Position numbers and translations under genes: made by a program. A stretch of 63,870 nt of DNA, counting the filler, from Neoconidiobolus thromboides FSU 785 (taxonomy: Eukaryota > Fungi > Entomophthoromycota), in the NCBI GenBank assembly GCA_025603075.1. It is 9 parts of 9 records of this genome, joined end to end, with 100 filler letters (N's around TTAATTAATTAA, not from the genome) between each part and the next. Parts side by side here need not be neighbours in the genome. Positions count along the whole stretch, not along the records: positions 34,041 to 38,455 come from MU626787.1; positions 38,556 to 41,397 come from MU626834.1; positions 41,498 to 62,514 come from MU626548.1; 6 more parts are not named here. One strand, written 5' to 3'. This document shows, piece after piece, positions 38,102 to 50,570 of the stretch. The notes beneath the pieces are model-generated. The model worked only from the letters and a program-made list of their open reading frames with translations, did no database searches and was not told the DNA's origin. The stretch's first letter is position 1, and every line of letters starts with the position of its first letter.

Positions 38102-38455
38102 ATGATTAACAAAATCGTCCTTGCTTCTGCTTTATTTTCCCTTTTAATTAGCACTGTAACATGTAAGAGTAAACATTATGCTACTGTCTGTGTTCATAAC
38201 GATGACTGCTACATTAAGAATGCCGCTGACAAATATGGTTCTTCCCATTTTCAAAAATTTAATATAACAAACGAAGATAAGGGTCATGGTCTCTATTTTG
38301 GATCAAACAATGATTATAGTGTTAAATTTATTAACTGTAACGCAAAGGAAACCAAAGTCCTTATTGATAATAATGATAGCTGGAAAGTATACCGACATAG
38401 ACTAGATAAAGGTCAAAAACAAGAGGATATAAGCTGCACTAGATTATGGCTTGAT
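38102..38455 (+). CDS. Small secreted protein paralog (3'-truncated by gap)
   Basis: MINKIVLASALFSLLISTVTCKSKHYATVCVHNDDCYIK...SCTRLWLD. Confidence 0.8.
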
Positions 38456-38556
38456 NNNNNNNNNNNNNNNNNNNNNNNNNNNNNNNNNNNNNNNNNNNNT
38501 TAATTAATTAANNNNNNNNNNNNNNNNNNNNNNNNNNNNNNNNNNNNNNNNNNNNT

Positions 38557-38652
38557 TCAAGTATACAAAATAGATGTAAATTTGACTGTTTTCCAAATGA
38601 TTGTAATGATCAATGCACTAAAGCCTATCAAGAATGTAAATCCAAATGCTGA
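38557..38652 (+). CDS. C-terminal fragment of a Cys-rich peptide (three CX3C motifs)
   Basis: SSIQNRCKFDCFPNDCNDQCTKAYQECKSKC*; 5' part lost in gap. Confidence 0.5.
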   Translation, partial: SSIQNRCKFDCFPNDCNDQCTKAYQECKSKC

Positions 38653-39638
38653 TAATAAATAACAAGCCTAATTAATTTTCTGTTCATTTATTTTTAATAT
38701 ATTCATTGCACTTTAAGCTGCCATTCCATTACTCTTATTTTGAAAAACTCAATCAATATATAGCTTCACTTTATTAGTACAATATAATTAGATATTAAAT
38801 GTTGAATCATTAATAATGTTATTAATTTAAATCTACTTTACAAGGATTTGAACATCTGCTTTTAACTCGGTAGCCTATAATTCCTACACTCTCCATATGG
38901 CTTCTAAATTTTGTCTTATATTGATTCAATTCATCTATTTAAGTAGACAAGAGTTAAACTGCTTTCAGGAAATTCAAGAGTCACTAACAGTAATTCTATG
39001 TTAGGAAGAAAACTATCTTAATCTTAATTATTAGGGGAATTTTCAAAATAATGCATACTCTATAATCACCACCACTATTCAAATCATCGTCATGATATTC
39101 AAGCACATCAGATAATCAAATAATTATTTTTAAAAATTAACTTTGAGATAGACTGAACTAATCATTTGAGATTGTCTTAAATTGCTATATATTTGAATGA
39201 ATAATAAGCAATATTATATTATGACTACTACCGTCATTACTATAGGTTATTTCCATTAAATAATAAACTATCTTTAGTATATTTTTACATGTAATGGGGA
39301 GATAAGTTAAAGATTTTTTGAAGCCTGTTTACAAGCCTGAATGCACTAAATTGAATTAGTTCAAAGAAAATGTGCATAGTGTTAACAACTATTCATTATA
39401 GGTTTGAATTTTATGATCTGCCTACTAAGGATCCTAAATAAGTTTTAATAAAATTTAACACCACCATCAAGTAATTATGGAAATAATAAATAAATTAAAA
39501 AAATTGAAAAATAGAACAGTGAAACAATAATGATAAATGGAGTGGAGCTGACAGGAAAAACAAGGTGGATGAGATGATAATTAAATGGGAATTCAAAAAC
39601 TATAAATAAAGAATAATTTATTTTTAACTTACTTTATC

Positions 39639-40451
39639 ATGTTAAAAATAATTCATATTATAAATCTCTTGTCTCTGTCCATTTTATTAAGCTCTATAAA
39701 ATGCTCTGAGTATGCCTCAAATGGGGATTGGAGTCGTTCTAAAAGTAAATTAATAAAGGACATAAAACACATACATTAACATTTCTTTATTATAGATATA
39801 ATCGATCCTTATTTCCCAATTCAGTCAAAATATAAAGTAGGAGCAATATTGTATGAAGGTTTTGCAATGTTAGATTTAATTGGCCCTGTTGACATATTAA
39901 GTGGAGTTAGTGACAAATTTGAAATCGAAACAATAGGATTAGAAACTAACTCAACAATAACACCAATGTTTGAAGCTACATCATTTAATAGTAAACTAAG
40001 TATGAAACAAGCAATTGAAAAAGAATGGGATATATTATTAACTCCTGGTGGTTATGGAGTTGACAAATTAATTGAAAATCAAGAATTTATTGAAAATTAT
40101 AAGAAACTAATAGCAAAATCAAAAGTTATATTTACAGTATGTACTGGATCACTTGCATTAGCAAAAACTGGGTTATTGAATGGATTTAAAGCCACAACAA
40201 ATAAAGTATCTTATCAGAAGGAAACACCTTTATATCCAGAGGTTGACTGGCAACCTAGAGCTCGTTGGGTTCACCATCGTCAATTCATTACTTCTTCTGG
40301 AATTGCGGCTGGTATGGATTCAGCTTTTTATATAGTATCTTTAGCCAAAAGTAGAGAGGAAGCTGAGAAATTTTCAAAGGGTATGGAATACGTACCCAAT
40401 TGGGATCCAGATAATGATCTATTTGCTGTCAATATTACAAAGTCAAAATAA
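39639..40451 (+). CDS. Signal-peptide-bearing DJ-1/PfpI protein, isocyanide-hydratase-like
   Basis: Exon 1 39639-39744 (signal peptide), intron to 39795; LDLIGP, TPGG, TVCTGS, SSGIAAGMD. Confidence 0.8.
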
Positions 40452-41675
40452 ACTATTGTTTCTAGTTTTATATCGAATTTTATATATTTGAAGTTTAATT
40501 TAGTTGAATAAAGTTTATCAGGTTTATTTATCCATGAGCTAATATATCAGTATGGGCTCATTTACCTTATTTTTATTGCAATCTTTTACATATTTTATTT
40601 ACTTTGTATCACAATATCCAAAAAAAACCTAATCCTTTTATTGAATTCTAAGCGGCTATAATTCATAGAAAAGGTAATTTTATTTTGTAGTAGTTTTATA
40701 CTATTTTTTTAAATAAAAAATTATCATTTTTATGATTCGAAAAATAAATAACATTTATTTGGCTTTGTATCTCTCAATCCGAATGTTAAGTTTTTAGAAT
40801 TGGATATTACTAGGACATGGTGATTACTTGATGTAAGTATATTCATATTCCAAAATTTAAAGATTGATAAATAAAGTATAAAAAGCGAGTTAAAATTCGT
40901 GTTTCAATCTAAGGATAGCCTATTTCTTATAAAACTTAACATGTTTATAGTACATTTAGGGTTGGTAATACAGATATTAAATAATCTTTTTGCAACCCAA
41001 TCGTTATATCATACAATAACCAAGTGATGTTTCCATCTACTCATATGAATACAACTTTGAGTTGCCACCAAAAGCTAACTATAGCATGTTTATTCTTAAA
41101 AAAAATTTACAACCTCATGATGACTTTTAAGAATAATAAAATGCTTTTATAATAAATAATCAGAGTTTGTACTTACTAAAGATTATTGAAGGTAATGTTT
41201 GATGTTATCAATTTAGCTTAATTTTTTTATAACATACTCATCTCAAAAAGAAAATATCAAACTTTAGTATGTAATTTATATTGAATCTAATATTGTTAGC
41301 TTGGTTAATTTCAGGCTTAATAGTACTGTTTTTTCTTTTTTTGTTCAATCAAGAACACTTTAAACTATTTAATAGAATACAATGTTCTGAAAAGAGGNNN
41401 NNNNNNNNNNNNNNNNNNNNNNNNNNNNNNNNNNNNNNNNNTTAATTAATTAANNNNNNNNNNNNNNNNNNNNNNNNNNNNNNNNNNNNNNNNNNNNTTA
41501 TTTCAACAAAAATAAAGTCAAATAAAGTCAAATAACTGTGTTTATATAATTATGTATTTATATAATTATATAATCATATAGTTATATATTATATATCTGT
41601 TAAATATCTAACAGAACTAACATAAAATATATAGTTAGGAAAATTAGCTATTTAGGAAAAGGAAACAATTAAAAT

Positions 41676-41800
41676 AAGTTTTAAATAGAGACATTTAATT
41701 TTAGGCTTTTTAGATTTAACCGTTATATTGGACACAAACTTGAAATTTTAAATTTGGATTAATTTCTAAGTAGATTCTGAAACCAATTAGGACAGCCCCA
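41676..41800. mobile_element. Family B right-arm fragment
   Basis: About 125 bp similar to 15288-15411, ending GGACAGCCCCA-TAT. Confidence 0.7.
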
Positions 41801-41845
41801 TATCTAATATGATAAAGCTATAAAGTATAAATTAAGCTATTTAAT

Positions 41846-41951
41846 ATATGGGGATATATTTTTGTGCTTAAGAATTTTATTACTAATTTTTCCACTGAAA
41901 TAGTGCTCAAAAGATGGAAAGAATAATGAAGCCAAAAAAACACCTCCATAT
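41846..41951 (+). mobile_element. MITE family A copy
   Basis: ATATGGGGAT...CCTCCATAT. Confidence 0.85.
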
Positions 41952-42049
41952 ATTGCAAAGGAACTTGAAAATGATAAATATATACAAACAGAGCATAAAT
42001 ATAACAAAAGGGATGAAATAAGAATAAATGTACTGGCACAAGAAAGACC

Positions 42050-43010
42050 TTAGTATCAAATTCTTATTGAATAAATAGGTAAAATATTATATTCAATTAG
42101 TGAAGATATTGAGCTTCAAAGATTCAAAAAGCATCAAGAGTTTATTTTAAAGAATGAGCCAACAATATAGTATTTAATTATAAATAGCGACACCATTGGG
42201 TATTTAAATTATTCAAACTTAACAGTTATTACTTACGAAGATAGTTCATATTTTTCTAATATAAATTATGATAAAACTAAAGAAATCATATATATGCTTT
42301 ACGTGAAAAAGTTTTTATGATAAATCTATTTAAAGATTACTTGAATCAAATTAAAGTTTTGATCATCTCATGTTATGAAAGGAGTTTAGATGATGCTGTT
42401 AAATACTTGAATCCGGATAAATTAAGATCATTTGAAATTTACTTTGATATTGGTTTAGATCTCAATAGTTTAGATAAAATCAAAGCGGAACTCATTAATC
42501 TAAGGTCATCAAACTTGGTAGGATAGCAACACATATTTCTACTCCAATTGAACTCAATCCAAATATAGATTTTGTTCCTAATTTAGATTTAATGATTGAA
42601 AGTAACTTTTAAAATGATTTCAATATTAATTATTTTAGTCATCTTAAAAGTAAAAGGCATTAAGTTATTTGACAATTTTGAACTCTCCTTTAAAAAGAAC
42701 TAACGATAACAACGTAATCAATGGCAGTAATATCTTCTTTTTAGGCTTTATAATTTTCCCAGAACATATTAATCAAGGATTTTTAAGATTGTCATCTCTA
42801 AAGAAATACACATTAGTGATATGCCAAAAACATTATTAGAAGCAATTTTCTCGCTACAAAACATTTAGCATATTCGTATTGGAGTTTTAAGTGGCCTTAT
42901 TAGAAATATGAAGGATACCTTTTGTTTTAGGGTAGAAAATATTAATAACCCTTACTACAATTTATTCAGATGTAAATTTGTAAGACAGATTACAGCTAAA
43001 CATGGTAAAG
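42050..43010 (+). pseudogene. Decayed F-box/LRR (RNI-like) family member
   Basis: LRR-like KYLNPDKLRSFEIYFDIGLDLNSLDKIK with many stops; homologous to 44060 and 58250 copies. Confidence 0.5.
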
Positions 43011-43714
43011 ATGCTCAACTTTCGATTTGAAAAATACAAGTGTATACATTGATTGTAAGCTCATAACTTCCTCATTATTATTTACGCCTATTGTGTCCAT
43101 TGTAAGCATCCTATTTTATAATAAATTAAATCAAATACCAATGCTAACTTAGTTATATTTATAAATATTTCAATATTTATCTCACTACACTCTTCAAATT
43201 AACTATCAATAAATATTTTATAGTCTTTTAATTATTTTAACTTTAATATTATTATTTTTTCTTAAATAATTTAAAATAAATTGCAAACAAAATTTACAAG
43301 ATGAACTTTTGTTTAAGTATATGACAGAACTTGACAAAATTTAAAGTATATTATTAATCATTGGTTCCTAAAGTATAGTTGCTAGAAATTTCAATACTTA
43401 TATACTTCTCAATTGGAGCAACTGTGTATAACTAGTAACAACACAGTTGTCTTAATTTAAACAACACTGTGTAAAATTCAAGGACACTTATAATGTAGCT
43501 TTACCAAAATACTATAATTGAACATATCAATAGATGTAAATATAAAAGTTTATTTATTGTTTTAACTAGAAATCAAGTTTAATCAATTACTGAATAACTT
43601 ACTGTATAAAATATTTAAATATACAAAGATAGTAGAACCTTATAAATTACACCTATTAAATAAGTACACTATTTAATATTGTAAAGTTATTGAATACAAG
43701 CTAATGTACTCAAT

Positions 43715-43922
43715 ATATGGGAGTGTTTTTTTAACTTCATTATTTTTTCCATTTTTTAAGCGCTATTTGAGCGGAAAATTTGTTAGTGAAATTCTTTAAA
43801 ACAAAAACACATCCCCATATGGAGTTGTTTTTTTTGGCTCTATTACTTTTTTATCTTTTAAACACTATTTGAACAGAAAAATTGTTAATAAAATTGTTAA
43901 ACACAAAAGTATATTCTCATGT
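43715..43922 (-). mobile_element. Two tandem MITE A copies
   Basis: Share ATAT at 43817-43820. Confidence 0.85.
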
Positions 43923-44059
43923 AATAAAAATGAATATGAAAAAATGAAGAATATCAAGCAAAGTTTAAAGAGGGTAAATATGGTGGTGGTATATCTAAGG
44001 CGGGAATAGTAAAGTCTTCCTCTGTTACACTTGCAGCACTTATAGGGGGACCAGTGATT

Positions 44060-44600
44060 TCAACTGATAGCAATACATAATTCAAAAAATTTAAAAAGCA
44101 TCAAGGGTTTACTCTAAAAAACGAATTAAAAATAAAGCATTTAACTGTAAGTAGAAATATTATTAAATTTTTGGGTCATTGCCCTGATCTAACAACTTTA
44201 ATTATAATGATGATTCATATTTATATGATTGTAAAAGCAATAATAATATTAAAATACAACTTTCAAAATTAAAAAAGCTAGTCATATATACATTTTTTGG
44301 TTACGCGTCTATAATAAATTTATTTAAAAACTACTTGAATCAAGTAGAAGTTTTAAGTTTTAAGTTTTAAGTGTTTTCGTGGCAATATAAATAATGTTAT
44401 TAGGTGCTTAAAGCCAGTTAAATTAAAGTTTCTTAGAGTAGGTTCTAGTATCAGCCTAGACCTTAACAGTTGGAATTTAATCAAGACACAATTTACAAGC
44501 TTAAAGGTATTATATTTGGGAGAATGTGACATATTACTACTCTAACTAAATTTGAATCAAACATAAACTTTATTTCCAATTTAGATTTAATGATTGGAGG
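44060..44600 (+). pseudogene. Decayed F-box/LRR family member, ending at a MITE
   Basis: FKKHQGFTLKNE...LKPVKLKFLRVG...SNLDLMIG is homologous to 42050; abuts MITE at 44607. Confidence 0.5.
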
Positions 44601-44606
44601 GATACT

Positions 44607-44712
44607 ATATGGGGATGTTTTTTTTGATTTCATTATTTTTCCATTTTTTAAGCGCTATTTGAGTAGAAAGATTGTTAGTAAAATTCTTAAACACAAAAAA
44701 ACACCCCCATAT
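44607..44712 (-). mobile_element. MITE family A copy
   Basis: ATATGGGGATG...CACCCCCATAT. Confidence 0.85.
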
Positions 44713-45808
44713 TCTAGTTTTAACATAAATTATAAAAGGAATTGATGTTTCTGATTCTTTTCTAATGAATAGCAATAACTTGAATATAATCAAGATGCTA
44801 ATGTTATTTTTTTAGGTAGCTTTGATTCATCAAAATCTGTTAACTATGGTTATTAAAATTAATAGCATTAAAAGAAGTATATACTAGGAATCTATCAAGA
44901 TCAATGTTAAAATCAATTTCTTTATTAAAAAATATTTGAATCATATATATTGAATGTCTAATTTATGCCTTTCATAATACAATAGAGAAATGCAAAATAA
45001 ATGGATATAATGTCAAGGATGTAGATGGATGCAATTTATGTAAATGTAAATTCATAAAGTAGATTTATCATTTGACAATTTATTTTTCTTTTTATCTCTC
45101 TTCCCAAACCTTAAAGTAATTAAAATTAGTCGATTTGAGTTGAGAAATATAAATGAAGACAGTAATTATAAACTTACTACTGTTTTATTGCTTATGATCC
45201 CTATTACATTAATCATAAACTATGAGCTATATAACAGATTGAAAAAAGTCCTAATGCTAGGCTGATTGAATTTATAATTCATTACTTATTTTGTTATGCT
45301 TATTATATTTAATACTATTTAAGAATCTTTATAAAGATTTCACTGTTAGTAATTTAGTAAATAAACTCAAAAAACTCAACAAACGTTGGATACATGTCAA
45401 GATTGAATGCCTTCATTTTTGGTATTAGCTATTAATAAATCTTTTTCAGCTTTTTGTTTGCTTTTCATTAGATCTTTATTTTTAAAATTCACTATTGAGT
45501 ATGTTTTTATTTTGGTAGATGTTAATAAACTTAAAGCTAAGATCTTGTTTTCATTTGTTAAATAATAATTTATTATGTCCAAACTATTATTTTAGTCTAC
45601 AATTTATATTTGAACTCTCTTTGTAAAATTAATATTCCACTTATTGTTGTCGCCATTAAGTTCTCAAACAATAAACTTTTAGTGTGATCTATTGTATATA
45701 AACCTTTATTCCCCCATAGACTTTTTATTTTAAATTTTTGAATTAAAAGGTGTCTTAGTATAACATTCTAGTCAATGTTGGTATTATATAATATATTAAT
45801 TTAATTTA

Positions 45809-46001
45809 CTATCATTATTAACATTGAATGTAATATTATTACTATTGATTAAAACAGTTAAATAGTTAAAATAACTTTTGAAAAGAGTGTTTATTAAGTT
45901 AATACATAAATAAATAAATATATTTCATTAAAAAGTAACTGTTGATTATTAGAGTGTTTTAAACAATAATAACATTTTACATTCAATGTTAATAATAATA
46001 G
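45809..46001. repeat. Inverted repeat with ~48-bp arms
   Basis: Perfect core TTATTAACATTGAATGTAA / TTACATTCAATGTTAATAA with imperfect extensions. Confidence 0.75.
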
Positions 46002-46094
46002 CAAACGAAATTCTCATTACTTGTGAATATCTAAATTATTTGCATGCTAAAAATATCAATATATAGATTATCATTTGATTTATATATCAATATT

Positions 46095-46181
46095 ACTTTT
46101 TTAGTTTAAGAATTTTACTAACAATTTTTCGGTTCAAAAGCACTTAAATGGAGAAAGTATGAAGCCAAAAAAACATCCCAA
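46095..46181 (+). mobile_element. Left-eroded MITE A copy
   Basis: AAGAATTTTACTAACAATTTTTC...CATCCC. Confidence 0.7.
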
Positions 46182-46754
46182 AATATAAGATAGTAATTAA
46201 TCATATTTTTTTCATAGGTTTCGGACTAAAAGTATCATAATAAGCCGGGAGTAAACTAGATTATAGGAGCAGTTTATAGTATAGTTTGATCGCAAATACA
46301 TGACAGTTTATTTCCTTCGAGGTTAGAAATCAACTCAAGTGTCAAACTAAAAATGATAATATTTTATGTCCATTTTTATCATTGTATTTCCACAGTTTAC
46401 TGCCGTTTACTGCTGTTTAGTTTTTTTGGTTGCTTGCATTTTTTTAAAAACTGAAATTTTAGCACTCCACTATAATCTATTTTCATAAGGTAAAAATGAC
46501 CATTTATTAAGGCATAAATCCTTTAACGTTGGAGGCTTTTAAATTTAAATAAAATACTGCTAAAGCAAAGTTCCTTTTAGTAAAAGAACTTCATTTTTTG
46601 TATAATTAATCTTCAGATAGTAAATAGTATTACTAATCAAAAATAATATAGAGGATAATATAATATAGATAATGATATTAATAAGTAGTAGAAAAAGTAT
46701 AAATATGAAATGAATACTAGTTTTTGAATTACAATTTTAAAAAAACTTTAGGAA

Positions 46755-48377
46755 ATGTCTTTAAATATATTATTTAATATAAACTTAGCCTTATCATTAT
46801 CATTAATAGGGTATATCCTATTGCGAGTAAGATAAATAATTCCCATATTTATCAATAAGTTAACATGAATTATTAGTATATCTATGTAAAATATATCAGT
46901 AGCTTACGTTATGTGCCTGGTCCTATTCTGGGTAAAATGACAGGCCTATACGCCAAATATTACGTCGCTCATGGTAGTTACCATACATTTTTAAAGGAGC
47001 TCCAGGACCAATATGGTCCAGTTGTACATTTTGCACCGGACCGAGTTATGACTAATACCAAAAATTCGTCAGATACCATTTATGGCACTTATAAATATCA
47101 AAAGAACGGTATTTACCCTTCATTTGATTTTGGCGCACCAAATATATTTTCTGCTATGTAAGCATATTCGTTTTAACTATTTCTATTTTACTAATGAAAT
47201 TCCTTAGCGAAAAAGGAGCTGCTTCCGAAAAAGTAAGTTTTTTTTATAAATTTTAATAAAGTAATAATATTAATAAATTTGATAGAAAAAGGTTGTAGGT
47301 CAAATACTCAACAGTTCTAATTTGAAGAAATTGGAACCTGCCATAGTTCAAAATAATTTCTTACCTCTATTAAAGAAATTAAAGGAATTATATGAAACCA
47401 AAGGATATTGTGATATCAATGAACTAATTCACCAGGTTTTATTTACAATCAACGGTCAATTGATATTAAGTGAAAACTTAGATTTAATAAATCAAGACGA
47501 AAGTGCAGTACCTATTTTAAAATGGTTCAAAGGGGCACAGACTTATGGGGTTATGCACTATGAATTTCCAATATTAAAAACAATCAGTGGTAACTATTTT
47601 GGTAAACAAAACTATCAACAATTTATTGAATTTTGTAAATCAAAAGTACAAAATAGACAAAAACAATTAGCTAAAGATGATTCTCTCGAATTCAATGATA
47701 TTTTACAGTCATTTATCATTAATAGCAAGAACCCAATGACTTTGGACGAATTAGCTGCTGAAGTTACTATTGGTTTTATTGGAGGTACTGATACTACTGC
47801 CAATACCATAATTTGGATTTTAAAATTATTGCTTGAACATCCAGACAAACTTGATAGAGTTAGAAAAGAAATTGATCAGTTATATAAAGATTATTCAGCT
47901 GAAGAAATCACTTACGAGCTCATAAAAAAGAATTGTCCTTATTTAGAAGCCTGTATCAGTGAATCTATGCGGTTATATCCAATTGCAGCTGGTTTTCTAC
48001 CTAGAATAACACCCAAAGGAGGAGTGGAGTTAGAAGGATACTATCTACCAGAAGGCATTGAAGTTGGTATTGGAACGTATGCTTACCACCGTAGTAATGA
48101 AATTTGGGAAAATAGTGATCAATTTATACCTGAAAGATTTTTAGACTCAAGTGTTAAATCAAATTACTTACCCTTTTTAATTGGTCCTGGGTCCTGTGCT
48201 GGTAGAGAGTTTGCTTGGTTAGCTATGTTCCACTTTTTGTCTTCCTTTTTATATTATTTTGATATTCAATATTATCATAAAGGTGCTACCACTACTCCTT
48301 ATCTTTTTTTGGTACTTAAGCTTAAGGAGCAGGGAATGATACTTGGAATTAAGCCTAGAAATGAGCTTAAATTTTAA
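46755..48377 (+). CDS. Cytochrome P450 (4 exons, 489 aa)
   Basis: Exons 46755-46826, 46877-47157, 47208-47232, 47286-48377; GGTDTT, ESMR, PERF, FLIGPGSCAG. Confidence 0.92.
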
Positions 48378-49133
48378 CTTAACAATAATAGATTGTACTA
48401 TAATCCACCATATTTATTTATAAATCTATTAAATAAAGAATTTATTTATAAATTTTTCGAAGACAATTGATATTTTACTGTATCAATTTTATTTCTAAAA
48501 AACATATATGAATTATTTCATTCCTTTACGTTTTACAATCAAGAATAACTATTTCAATAAGCTCAATAACAACATTTATTAATCAAACTTGATTTATGAC
48601 ACTAGAGATATATAGGTTAATTTAACCTAAGTCGACTACATTTCACTTTATATTTTTTATTCGTAGAGAAGAGGTATAAGTGTTAATATCTAAAACTATA
48701 CTTAATATTCATTTTTTATATTATATGATATGATATCATTTTTGGCCTTATCGATAGGTGGCTATTTTCAACACTTTTAATAAGATAGTTATAATATCAT
48801 CAAAGGCAATTTGTGTTTATTTTAAATTCAAACTCCTTTTTGTGCAAAAGTTACTAAAAAGCTATCCTTATACATCATAAGCTTATGCTATTATAAAAAG
48901 TCAAAATTATCAGTTGTAAGGAATTCTATAGCAATTTTTTATTCAGGAAATAAATAAACATTAAATTATATCATGCCACTATTAAAAGTAACTAATTACT
49001 CATTTTTGCATATACTTTGTAAAATAATGAATATAAAGCAACTAAGTTTAGTTTTGAATATAGTGATGCTTGTACATATCATTTATTAATAGTGTTGACT
49101 ACTATAATTGATTATTTCAAAAAAAGAAAGTCC

Positions 49134-49191
49134 TTCATCTTTTAAGCGCTATTTGAGTAGAGGGGGTATTGGTAAAATTCTTAAAAGAACA
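49134..49191 (-). mobile_element. Internal MITE A fragment
   Basis: CATCTTTTAAGCGCTATTTGAG...TAAAATTCTTAAA. Confidence 0.55.
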
Positions 49192-49806
49192 TTTGCAAGT
49201 TGTGCTTTGAAGGGGAAATATCAATAATTTTACTAAATATTTTTACCCCAACTGAATCTAATTTTAGTTTTAATGTAGAACTAATAATCGATAGTATATT
49301 TAATACTGGTTTTAATATCAATCATTTTGAGAGTCTCAAAAAACTTTAAAATATAAAGCTATTTGATTCTTCTGGTCATCTTTTGAAGAGAGAGAACAAC
49401 AAGAAGCGTATAATTGAAAGTTGTGAAATCTGGTACTCAGTGTTTGGAGTCAAAAACAGCTATTGCCTGGTTGACTACACTATAAGTCGAAAGGTCTTAG
49501 TTTATGTGACTAAGATAGACTTGGATTATTAAGAATAGTATGTAATAGGTAAGTTAATAAATAACTAAAGATCAGGTAGTTGTAATAATAAACAAAAACT
49601 ATTATTATATTAGTTGTATTATACAAGAATAATTAATTATGATTTTGAGGTCAACCACTCCCTCCTATACAGTTGTTTATTAACTTGATGATAAATTGAT
49701 AATATGGCTATAACATTAAAATACTTCGCTCATCTAATAACAAATCTGTAATGTTGGCTGTAAAGCAATCAATAGCGAATATTTGTTAGTAAAGTTTTGT
49801 AGAGAC

Positions 49807-49911
49807 ATATGGGGCTGTTTTTTTTAGTTTCATTATTCTTCCATTTTTTAAGCGCTATTTGAGTGAAAAGATTGTAGTAAAATTGTTAAATACAAAAATA
49901 CATCCCCATAT
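49807..49911 (-). mobile_element. MITE family A copy
   Basis: ATATGGGGCTG...CATCCCCATAT. Confidence 0.85.
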
Positions 49912-50360
49912 ATTTATTTACATATTGCAACTTTGATTAATATTAATATATAGGCTATATTAGTAAAAGCCTTGCTAATCTAAGAATTTCCATTAAATTT
50001 AGTGGAATTTCTGCTAATTTACAATATAAACTATAGTAAAATAATTTAAAACTGTGTCAAGGATTTATTTTTACAGAATTTTGAGCAAAATTTTTTGAAG
50101 TATTTAATTAAATAAAATGAAACCGGTTCAGACATCCCTATATGATATTCTTGAAATTAAAAAGAAAGAGTTTAATTTTAATAAAATCAACATCAATGTT
50201 GGGTGCAACTTATACAAATGTAGATTTATAAGTCAAATCCTAACCAATCGAACTAGTGATATTACATTTAAAAGTTTCTTTATTTTTTATCTTTCTTCTC
50301 TAATATTAAAGTAACCAAAATTAAAGCTTTTGATTTAAAAGATATAAATATAGATATTGA

Positions 50361-50570
50361 TTGTTATCTTACTGCTCTTTCATTACTAGTACACTTATTG
50401 AATTCATCATAGCTGCCATTATTTATAAGAAACTAAATCAAGTCCCGATATTGTACTGGTTATGCTTACAGCTGAGCCAGATTTCGTTGTTGTTTATAAG
50501 CATACTACATTTTTTTTCACTTGTTACTCTCATCACATCTTCAATAAATCTTGTACAATATACAAATTAA
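50361..50570 (+). pseudogene. Possible remnant of a multi-pass membrane (receptor-like) gene
   Basis: Two hydrophobic segments only; no intact flanking exons found. Confidence 0.2.
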
